Assembly: GCF_000008465.1 (NCBI RefSeq)
Contig: NC_006512.1
Coordinates: 2,190,001-2,222,000 of the forward strand
Source of the DNA: Idiomarina loihiensis L2TR
Lineage (GTDB): Bacteria; Pseudomonadota; Gammaproteobacteria; Enterobacterales; Alteromonadaceae
Direction: 5' to 3'
Length of the DNA stretch: 32,000 nt
Under the pieces are notes generated by a model. The model saw nothing but the letters and a program-made list of their open reading frames with translations. It was not told where the DNA came from and made no database searches. Both the position numbers and the translations under genes were made by a program. Of the stretch, positions 17,971-25,112 are shown piece by piece (the first letter of the stretch is position 1; the number at the start of each line of letters is the position of its first letter).

Positions 17971-18042
17971 ACATAACGCCCGCATTTGCGGTTGGTTTGA
18001 AGCGAAGCGGAAAACCAATCCGACAACATGCGCTTGTTAACT
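17971..18042 (-). repeat. integron attC-like imperfect inverted repeat
   Basis: Read on the minus strand directly after stop 18044: AGTTAAC-AAGCGCATGTTGTCGGATTGGTTT-[13 nt]-AAACCAACCGCAAATGCGGGC-GTTATGT. This gives an RYYYAAC-like box, arms that pair with bulged bases, and a GTTRRRY-like box. Length is 72 nt. Confidence 0.5.
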
Positions 18043-18043
18043 T

Positions 18044-19075
18044 CTAAAAATCCTCTTCAGATTTGTCCTCTAACGTATCTATACCTTCCTCTAGTTGAAT
18101 TCTCCGAGCTCGCTTCAATATTGAATTTCCTAGTTTAGTAAGACTCCAATATTCTTCTTTATCATTTACTGAATGCTTTTTCTTAGAGGGTTGCACCAAA
18201 TCTAAAGCGACCAAATCAGCTATCATTCCTTTTATCTTGTTATCTCCTATGGGCCAAGTACGAAACCAATTATTACCAACGTGCTCAAACGCAATTTCTT
18301 TAGCAATGGTTTTGCTGGAACTTTCATTGACTAAAGTTGGGGCGATCATTAAGAATATTTCGAGTAACGTGTTTCTTACTTTCTCAGCATCATCCCAGCG
18401 TCCTTTATCAGATTTTCTTCTTACCTTGAATTTTCTGGTATTGTCATCAAGGATGTGAACCAATCTCTTTTCTTCGTCTGGTTGCTCAATAGTTTTAAAC
18501 CCTTCAATTTTTTTTCTAAGTGTCGAATTCTCAGCACTCAATCTAACCAATTCTTGAGTTGCTTCAGTTGTCGGGGCGTCGGTTGCTCTCACCCAGCCAA
18601 TTCTTGGATTTAGGTTCATAGTTTTCATTAAAGAAATGGAAACTTTCCCATGAAGGTCATCTTTAGATTCCCAAAAATGAACCAATTTAGATTTCACCTT
18701 AGATTTAAAGGCTTCAAGTTTTTTAAGTTTTTTATCTGACTTGTCAATTCTACTTGATGGCCAGGAGGCATCATCGGATATAACAAACCCTAGTGTAGGC
18801 ACTCCTAAAGAGGAAGCATAATCATATTCTTTTTCAGTATAGCTAATGCCATCTTCAGTCTCAGAACCGTATCTGTGCCCAACAATTATTACGTAATAAT
18901 CTGTTTGTTCTATTTGTCTAGCGATAAGCTTCCATTGTTCTTCATCTCCAGCACTAAACATTTCCATTCCAACAGGAATATGCCCCATTTCGAGTACCGC
19001 TTTAATGACCTGCTCTCGTTCTTCTTTCAAATCATCGTAAGTTGAGCTAATAAATACTTGATATTTTTTATTCAT
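18044..19075 (-). CDS. DUF4062 (TIR/nucleoside-deoxyribosyltransferase-like) domain protein with coiled-coil and putative winged-helix C-terminus (paralog A)
   Basis: N-terminus KYQVFISSTYDDLKEEREQVIKAVLEMGHIPVGMEMF...DYYVIIVGHRYGS matches the DUF4062 signature. Central coiled coil QELVRLSAENSTLRKKIEGF. C-terminal ...EEYWSLTKLGNSILKRA. The gene is very AT-rich relative to its flanks. Confidence 0.7.
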   Translation of the reverse strand: MNKKYQVFISSTYDDLKEEREQVIKAVLEMGHIPVGMEMFSAGDEEQWKLIARQIEQTDYYVIIVGHRYGSETEDGISYTEKEYDYASSLGVPTLGFVISDDASWPSSRIDKSDKKLKKLEAFKSKVKSKLVHFWESKDDLHGKVSISLMKTMNLNPRIGWVRATDAPTTEATQELVRLSAENSTLRKKIEGFKTIEQPDEEKRLVHILDDNTRKFKVRRKSDKGRWDDAEKVRNTLLEIFLMIAPTLVNESSSKTIAKEIAFEHVGNNWFRTWPIGDNKIKGMIADLVALDLVQPSKKKHSVNDKEEYWSLTKLGNSILKRARRIQLEEGIDTLEDKSEEDF

Positions 19076-19105
19076 TGTTCCCTCAGTTCGAACAGGAAGT
19101 TAACC

Positions 19106-19134
19106 TTTGTATATTGTGCATGCGCACTTTGTAA
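19106..19134 (-). promoter_or_regulatory. putative sigma-70 promoter with operator palindrome, DUF4062 paralog A
   Basis: Minus strand: TTACAA (19134-19129), 17 nt, TACAAA (19111-19106). The spacer holds TGCGCATGCACA (plus strand 19115-19126), 5/6 arm matches to a TGTGCA|TGCACA palindrome. The same arrangement occurs at 29014-29042. Confidence 0.45.
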
Positions 19135-19411
19135 CTCACTCAATTTCTAATTCTCAGTCTTTAAGCTACTGATACAGAAAATATTTTCATCAAGTAACCA
19201 ACTAAAAAACGAAAGCAATTTAAGCATGCTCATTTCTACTCTAACGGGTGCACAATACCCAACGTTGAATTTCAATTATGTATCTGACATTAAACGAGTT
19301 AATTAGCCGATACAACAATAAATGAGCAATAATACTGATAAAAATGAGCGTTAGGTTAAACTAGAACTAAAGGTAAAATCGTTTCTCAAAAAGCCCTATG
19401 CGAGGCACACC

Positions 19412-19759
19412 ATGAACTCAACTAAGATTAATTACATTGAACTTCCGGCGCGGAGCCTTGAAGCAACCAAGCGCTTCTTTCAACAAGCTTTTGGCTGGGA
19501 GTTTGTAGACTATGGTCCAGAATACGCGGCTATTCAAAATGCCGGAATTGACGGCGGCTTTTACCAATCAGACTTAGTTGCTCAAACGTCGAGCGGCAGT
19601 GCGCTGGTGGTGTTATACAGCAAAAACCTTGAGCAAAGCCTGAAAAGCGTTGAGGACGCAGGGGGTAAAATCATTAAGCCTATATTTGATTTTCCCGGTG
19701 GCCGGCGTTTTCAATTTACTTGCCCTAGCGGCAACGAGTATGCGGTATGGTCAGAGTAG
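19412..19759 (+). CDS. VOC family protein (glyoxalase/bleomycin-resistance fold)
   Basis: 115 aa, INYIELPARSLEATKRFFQQAFGWEF ... GGRRFQFTCPSGNEYAVWSE. This is a single VOC module. Confidence 0.8.
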   Translation: MNSTKINYIELPARSLEATKRFFQQAFGWEFVDYGPEYAAIQNAGIDGGFYQSDLVAQTSSGSALVVLYSKNLEQSLKSVEDAGGKIIKPIFDFPGGRRFQFTCPSGNEYAVWSE

Positions 19760-21305
19760 TCAGTCCACACCTTTTTACAAAGCTCTCATCATGGCTCACC
19801 AGAATAAGTGCGCCATCGTAATTGAGCAGAGCGTCGGAAAGCATGTCTTTGGAATCGATATCAAGATGGTTGTCGGGCTCATCAAGCAGTAATAGCGGCT
19901 GTTGCGGCTGGTTACTCGCAATCAGCATCGCTAGCTTCATTTTCTCTCCCCCACTTAATCGGTTTACCAGTTGGTGAACTTTATCTTTCCTAAGGCCTAT
20001 ACCCGCCAATAGCGTTCTGGCCTTAGTTTCATTCATTCCCCGACATAAATTCAGTATATTATCGAGTACCGAAAAGTGAGCTTGCAGCACATTAAAGTGC
20101 TGGTCTAAATAAAACACGGCAGTGTTAATACGAACCTCACCGGCTTTAAGTGCCAGGTCGCCGCGAAGCACTTGCAGTAGCGTAGACTTACCACTGCCAT
20201 TGGGTCCGACTAAATGCAGTTTGCTATTTCCCTTTACGGTTAAGTTAATGGACTTCATTGAACCATAAGGAAGTTCCGCATTAGTTAACGAAACCAGAGT
20301 CTGGTTACCCTTAGCTTCAGAACTTAATTTTAACTTTTGTGCTTTTAACTGCTCCTGCCTTGACTCAAGTTGCCGCGACTTTTGTTGTAATTGTTGCTGC
20401 CGATGCGCTTCATTCTTCGCTCGTCCCGAGGCTGAAGCGGAAGCACGGTTACTCATGGCATCCATTAAGATCTTTGCCTGACTTCCTTCTTTACGCAGCT
20501 TTTTGCCCGCCGCCGCTCGCTGCTCAGCTCGTTCTTTGTTCTTTTGCGTCTGCTTATCCAAATGCTTCTGCTGTTGCTTTACACTGCTTAATTGGCGTGC
20601 CACCGCATCTGACTCTTTGCGCTTTTCTTCTGTGTAAAAATCGTAGTTCCCTCCGTACTGCGTCAAACCTAAACTACTCAGCTCCCATATTTGCTCAACC
20701 TCCCGCAGCAATAAGCGGTCATGGCTAATAAGCAAAATATGACCTGAAAAGCTCTTAATCTGCTCTATAAGCCATTGTTTGCCATTGCTGTCCAAATGGT
20801 TAGAGGGTTCGTCCAGCACAAGTAAACCAGCGCCGCTGTTAAACAGTTTCCACAACTGAAGTCTCGAAAGCTGACCTCCGCTTAACTGTTTACACTCCAG
20901 GTTTATAGAGTCAGGCAACTGTAATTGCTGCAAAAGGTAGGATAGTTCGGCCCTCAAATCCCAGCGGTCACCAACAAACTCAAACCATTTAGGGTCGCAG
21001 TCACCCTGCTCTATTTGTTCAATAGCATAAAGCGTGTCTTTCACGTCCAGAAAGTCTGCTACGGTTTGCTGCAACATATGTTCTTGGTTGATTTGCTGAT
21101 ACATGGCTACAGAAGTATTTAATTGCACACTTCCACCCGTAGGTTCTAATTGTTTTGTAAGCAATGAAGCTAAAACAGACTTACCCACGCCATTGCGCCC
21201 GACAAGTCCAACACGCTTTTGCGTCATTGACACAGAAAGGTTTCTGAACAGCGTTTCGCCATTTTCAAATTGATAATGCAGATTAATTGCTTGTAAAACT
21301 GGCAT
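19725..21305 (-). CDS. ABC-F family ATPase (two ABC domains with a long charged linker)
   Basis: Two Walker A sites (GRNGVGKS, GPNGSGKS), two signatures (LSGGQLSR, LSGGEKMK), no TM domain, K/R/Q-rich interdomain linker of about 100 aa. Its 3' end overlaps the convergent VOC gene by 35 nt. Confidence 0.85.
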   Translation of the reverse strand: MPVLQAINLHYQFENGETLFRNLSVSMTQKRVGLVGRNGVGKSVLASLLTKQLEPTGGSVQLNTSVAMYQQINQEHMLQQTVADFLDVKDTLYAIEQIEQGDCDPKWFEFVGDRWDLRAELSYLLQQLQLPDSINLECKQLSGGQLSRLQLWKLFNSGAGLLVLDEPSNHLDSNGKQWLIEQIKSFSGHILLISHDRLLLREVEQIWELSSLGLTQYGGNYDFYTEEKRKESDAVARQLSSVKQQQKHLDKQTQKNKERAEQRAAAGKKLRKEGSQAKILMDAMSNRASASASGRAKNEAHRQQQLQQKSRQLESRQEQLKAQKLKLSSEAKGNQTLVSLTNAELPYGSMKSINLTVKGNSKLHLVGPNGSGKSTLLQVLRGDLALKAGEVRINTAVFYLDQHFNVLQAHFSVLDNILNLCRGMNETKARTLLAGIGLRKDKVHQLVNRLSGGEKMKLAMLIASNQPQQPLLLLDEPDNHLDIDSKDMLSDALLNYDGALILVSHDESFVKRCGLTTLTIPHTRCR

Positions 21306-21653
21306 GTATTGCCTCCCGAAAGCAGGGGCATTAAACGCAGTGAACCCGATAAACGGCTGGTGTTTTTACAAAACTGATATGAGACTTGAACAAGCCAATA
21401 GCACTACGCCTACTAACCCTGCGGATCCAAATTAAAGAAATGAAGATGGATGACAGGTATTAGTTGTTCATTTTGGCGTAGACTCCTTCGGGGGTAATGA
21501 GATTAATTTAGAGTAATTGAAAATGAACCAACTTTCCACTATTCGGCTCTCGAATGAAGTTGCCCCGGCTACTTCTATCTTTACACCTAAAGCGGCAAAA
21601 GTTACTTTAAACTTAAGTTGCCAAAAGGCCGCTAAACCAAAAGACTAAAAAGC

Positions 21654-22292
21654 ATGACCATCCAGAACACCATAGTCGGCAATATAACTTCAGCCATACC
21701 AAACGATGCCCTCAAGCACCTGCGTGCCCGCATGGACAGCTATCATGTCATTACGGAAAGCTGTTGGCAGAAATTTCAGAGCCTTCTGAGTTATCGCGAA
21801 TACGCTCGTGGTGACTTAATTTATTCTGTCGGTGAGCATCCCGACAGCTTTAGTTTTATCCATAAAGGCTTGGCGCGGGTGTTTCATTTGGATGAAAACG
21901 GTCAGGAGTACAATAAGCGGTTCTTTAGTGAGGGCGAGTTTCCCGCCTGCATGAGCTCGCTATTAACGACTACGCCTTCGGCATTAAGTGTTGAGTGCTT
22001 AGAAAACTCGGCTGTGCTGAAAATTGACTTTCGTGGTTATCGGCAGTTGCTGGAGCAAAGCCCTGACTTAATGCGTTATCACATCCTCTATTTAGAAAAA
22101 AACTGGCTGCTGGAAAAAGACGAGCGCGACAATGCCTTTGGTCAAACAACAGCTGGCCAGCGTTACCAAACTTTTGTAGAACAACTTCCACATCTTGTTA
22201 GCCGGGTGCCTCAATACCACATTGCCTCTCACCTGGGTATAACGCCGGTGCAACTGTCACGATTACGCAAGCAGTTACAAAACCCTAAGTAA
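21654..22292 (+). CDS. Crp/Fnr family transcriptional regulator
   Basis: cNMP-binding-like beta-roll (GDLIYSVGEHPDSFSFIHKGLARVF) and C-terminal HTH (QYHIASHLGITPVQLSRLRK). Confidence 0.75.
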   Translation: MTIQNTIVGNITSAIPNDALKHLRARMDSYHVITESCWQKFQSLLSYREYARGDLIYSVGEHPDSFSFIHKGLARVFHLDENGQEYNKRFFSEGEFPACMSSLLTTTPSALSVECLENSAVLKIDFRGYRQLLEQSPDLMRYHILYLEKNWLLEKDERDNAFGQTTAGQRYQTFVEQLPHLVSRVPQYHIASHLGITPVQLSRLRKQLQNPK

Positions 22293-22385
22293 TTTTCCAC
22301 TTATTAAACTATGTTAATGCGGCCCTGCCCGGGCATCTGAATAATAGAGCTCACTTGCAGCAATAGAAGCTAACAGGAGCTCTAA

Positions 22386-23012
22386 ATGTACTTGGAAAAA
22401 TTACAACAATGGCGTTATGCCACCGCCGACTTCTCTGGTGCCCACATCACTGACGACGTTTTGGATAAACTCTTAAACACCACCCGTTTAACGGCCTCGT
22501 CTTATGGTTTACAACCCTACTGCACACTAGTTATTCGCAACAAAGGCCTACGTGAGCAGCTAGTTAATCACTCTTTTGGGCAACAGAAAGTCGCGGACAG
22601 CTCAGCGCTGGTCATATTTGCCGCAAAAACAGGGGCGGTTGCAGACATTGTCGACCCTTATATTTCGGAATTAAGCCAACAGCGCCAGCTCACCAACGAA
22701 GAGGCGGAGAATACCCGAAACTATTTCACACAAAAGCTACAGGCCATGTCGGCCGCAACGCGTAAAGAGTGGGCAGTGCGTCAGGCCTATATTGGCTTGG
22801 GTACGTTTTTGCTGGCCGCCGCTGAACTCGAGGTCGACAGCTGTCCAATGGAAGGCATTGAGCATGACGCCTATGACAATATTCTCTCGCTGAAAGATCT
22901 CGGCCTTAGCACCGTATTCGCCTGCCCTGTAGGCTATCGAAGCGAGGCAGATACAACCCAGTTTCAGAAAAAAGTCCGTCAGCCACTATCACGGTTTAAG
23001 GTTGTTTTATGA
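22386..23012 (+). CDS. nitroreductase-family NAD(P)H oxidoreductase
   Basis: RLTASSYGLQPY ... LVIFAAK ... AYIGLGTFLLAAAELEVDSCPMEG pattern of the nitroreductase fold. Confidence 0.7.
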   Translation: MYLEKLQQWRYATADFSGAHITDDVLDKLLNTTRLTASSYGLQPYCTLVIRNKGLREQLVNHSFGQQKVADSSALVIFAAKTGAVADIVDPYISELSQQRQLTNEEAENTRNYFTQKLQAMSAATRKEWAVRQAYIGLGTFLLAAAELEVDSCPMEGIEHDAYDNILSLKDLGLSTVFACPVGYRSEADTTQFQKKVRQPLSRFKVVL

Positions 23013-23461
23013 CCCAGACAATACTTGTGATATTGGCTATTGCAGCGGGCATGTCAATATCCATTCAGGCCAGTATTAACGCCATGATGGGGCAACTAGC
23101 ACACAATACGTTCTTGTCGCTGACAATAGCCTTTACTATTAGCGCGCTGTTCTCCGCACTGGCTCTGTGGGGCTTTAGCGAGCGCACCAGCATTACGTTT
23201 TTTAGCCTACCCTGGTACTTCTGGTTAGTTGCCGCCATTTTTACCTGCTTTGGTGTCGGCACCATGTACTTTCTCATACCGAAACTGGGCGTGGGACAAG
23301 TCATGGCTTACGCCCTCGCAGGCCAGCTCATTGGTGCCATGATCATCAATCATTTTGGCTTTTTAGGGAATACCGCAATTGCGCTTAACAGCTATCGCTT
23401 AATTGGCGCTTGTTTTCTTATCGCCGGGGTATTTTTAATTAATATGGGGGCACGGCAATGA
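23009..23461 (+). CDS. DMT-superfamily small membrane transporter (DUF606/YdcZ-like)
   Basis: 150 aa, 5 TM, SISIQASINAMMGQ motif. ATGA overlaps with both neighbours. Confidence 0.6.
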   Translation: MTQTILVILAIAAGMSISIQASINAMMGQLAHNTFLSLTIAFTISALFSALALWGFSERTSITFFSLPWYFWLVAAIFTCFGVGTMYFLIPKLGVGQVMAYALAGQLIGAMIINHFGFLGNTAIALNSYRLIGACFLIAGVFLINMGARQ

Positions 23462-24201
23462 CAACCGAGCAACAGCAAAACCTTTATAACTTACACCAGC
23501 TTTGGCGCATGCAGCCTTATCAGGAATTTACAACCAACCCTGGCGCTAAAATTTACAAGCTAGAGCAATGGCCGCGCAGAATATGGTGCGAACCGGGCAG
23601 TTACTCAGAAGCGGAAAAGGAGCAGTTGGTGGCAGAGCTAAGTGCAAAAGCCTCTGACTCTCATATCTTATCCATGCCCGAAATGCTGTTACCAAAAGCC
23701 GGAACGGGGTTACTCCTGCTACCGTCGGAGTTAACACCCAGTTTTAGTCAGCAAATGATGGTGAAAACTCTGAGTGCGTCGGCACTTTCAGACCCCGCGC
23801 CCAGGCTAACGTTAGAGCCAATAGAACATAACCATGCTCAACAATGGGCGAATACCACCGGCGCATGTTTTGGTTACGAGGTTGAGTCGTCGTCTGTTCA
23901 AAACCTGTTACTTGGCGGCGCCTGCTTGTACTTTATAAAATATCAGGGGCAAGTAGCCGGTACCGCCATGACCTTCATCCAGGAACAACAAATGGGTATT
24001 CATCAGGTGGGTGTACTGGACAGCTATCGAGGCAAAGGGTTGGCCAGAGACGCCATGCTGTTACTTGAGCAATACGCACTGGACGCTGGCATCAATACCC
24101 TTCAACTGCAGGCATCGGCTATGGGAGAGCCTCTTTATCAATCCCTGGGCTATTGCTCATTAGGTGCCATTCATAATTTCATAAAAATTGACGCTATATA
24201 A
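23458..24201 (+). CDS. GNAT family N-acetyltransferase
   Basis: C-terminal QVGVLDSYRGKGLARDAMLLLEQYALDAG acetyl-CoA binding motif. Confidence 0.7.
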   Translation: MTTEQQQNLYNLHQLWRMQPYQEFTTNPGAKIYKLEQWPRRIWCEPGSYSEAEKEQLVAELSAKASDSHILSMPEMLLPKAGTGLLLLPSELTPSFSQQMMVKTLSASALSDPAPRLTLEPIEHNHAQQWANTTGACFGYEVESSSVQNLLLGGACLYFIKYQGQVAGTAMTFIQEQQMGIHQVGVLDSYRGKGLARDAMLLLEQYALDAGINTLQLQASAMGEPLYQSLGYCSLGAIHNFIKIDAI

Positions 24202-24248
24202 CTTTTTACGTAAATTACGTAAATCTCAAATAAAACAAGGAAGAAAGC

Positions 24249-24464
24249 ATGTCTAAGTTTACGGAATACAAAGTCATTCATATAGCTGAAGGCGGCTGTG
24301 GTACTTTACTGTTAGGCTCAAGTGGTCTGCCGTTAAAGAAAATTGAATCTACTTTGAACCAGGAAGCTGCCGACGGTTGGCAAATGGTGTTTCAGGTACT
24401 GGAACAAAAACGCTTTTGGCTGTTCTGGACACGTGAAGCGGCCATTGTCACTCTGGGTCGATAA
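24249..24464 (+). CDS. small DUF4177-like protein
   Basis: 71 aa, YKVIHIAEGG ... LNQEAADGWQMV pattern. Assignment is from memory. Confidence 0.45.
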   Translation: MSKFTEYKVIHIAEGGCGTLLLGSSGLPLKKIESTLNQEAADGWQMVFQVLEQKRFWLFWTREAAIVTLGR

Positions 24465-24472
24465 AACCCGCC

Positions 24473-24712
24473 ATGGTAAAGCGGCTCATTTTAGCCTCAA
24501 TTCGTTGGTATCAGCGTCGTGGCGGTTCGCGCCACTTCTTTAATACCGAATGCAATTTTGAGCCGTCCTGTTCGCAGTATACTTATCAGGCCATTAGCCA
24601 ATACGGCAGCTGGCGCGGTATAAAGCTTGGTGTCGCGCGCATGAAGCGTTGTAACGACCCTGACTGCGTCAACAAAAAGCACGACCCGGTTCCTGAAAAG
24701 GTCCTTAAATGA
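24473..24712 (+). CDS. YidD-family membrane protein insertion efficiency factor paralog
   Basis: IRWYQR ... CNFEPSCSQYTYQAI ... RMKRCNDP ... DPVP matches the YidD pattern (YQ...CRF.PTCS.Y...R..RC.P...DPVP). It is not next to rnpA/yidC. Confidence 0.65.
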   Translation: MVKRLILASIRWYQRRGGSRHFFNTECNFEPSCSQYTYQAISQYGSWRGIKLGVARMKRCNDPDCVNKKHDPVPEKVLK

Positions 24713-24721
24713 GGTACTCTT

Positions 24722-25105
24722 ATGTCTTCTGAACAGTTACGTGATGAAGAAGAAGCTCTGCGCAAGCAAATACGCGAGCTAACGCCTGAGCAGCGAAAAG
24801 AATATTTCCGCCTTGAAGGTGAGCAGATAAAAGACCCCGATACCTACGCGGTACTGAACTGGTTCATTATGGCGGGCCTACATCATTTTTATTTAGGCAA
24901 CACGCAGCGCGGTCTTATCAACCTTTGCGTCATGCTGCTCGGGCTGGTTCTATTGCCCTTTTTCCCTATTGTCGGAATTATCGTTCTGCTCGGTATTGTT
25001 ATTGTGGAGCTGCCACAGCTGTTTAAGTCACAACAAATTGTCCATGCTTACAACAATAACGTTATGCGCGAGCTCATTCATAAAGTGAAATCAGATAACG
25101 CCTAA
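24722..25105 (+). CDS. TM2 domain-containing membrane protein
   Basis: AVLNWFIMAGLHHFYLGNTQRGLINL is the TM2 signature, followed by a second TM. Confidence 0.6.
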   Translation: MSSEQLRDEEEALRKQIRELTPEQRKEYFRLEGEQIKDPDTYAVLNWFIMAGLHHFYLGNTQRGLINLCVMLLGLVLLPFFPIVGIIVLLGIVIVELPQLFKSQQIVHAYNNNVMRELIHKVKSDNA

Positions 25106-25112
25106 ACGCCTC

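Noticed and set aside
19115-19126. The promoter palindrome as a LexA, CRP, Fur or FNR box.
   Set aside because: TGTGCA|TGCACA does not fit CTGT-N8-ACAG, TGTGA-N6-TCACA, the Fur 19-mer or TTGAT-N4-ATCAA. The cognate regulator is unknown.
19147-19233. Small minus-strand ORF inside the conserved leader of paralog A (MSMLKLLSFFSWLLDENIFCISSLKTEN), with a counterpart at 29074-29136 in B (MLKLPFLVQRASRSEFSFYQ).
   Set aside because: Only the first four codons (MLKL) agree. A 1-nt indel between the loci shifts the frame, so nucleotide conservation continues while the peptides diverge. It behaves as non-coding sequence.
19290-19358. The distal end of the conserved leader as an attC site (TAACC ... 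GTTTAAT boxes on the minus strand; 29200-29270 in B).
   Set aside because: The sequences inside the boxes do not form the required imperfect inverted repeat when paired by hand. The block also does not resemble the convincing attC-like element at 17971-18042.
21460-21471. A three-codon mini-ORF (MNN-stop) and a possible SD-sequestering hairpin (21312-21328) in the 348-bp leader of the ABC-F gene, suggesting ribosome-mediated attenuation as in resistance-type ABC-F genes.
   Set aside because: The hairpin is only 3 G-C pairs on the transcribed strand. The mini-ORF has a poorly spaced RBS. This is too weak to support without comparative or experimental data.
21523-21648. A 41-aa plus-strand ORF (MNQLSTIRLSNEVAPATSIFTPKAAKVTLNLSCQKAAKPKD) just upstream of the Crp/Fnr gene.
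   Set aside because: No convincing RBS and no recognisable family. It is below the size at which an ORF alone is evidence.
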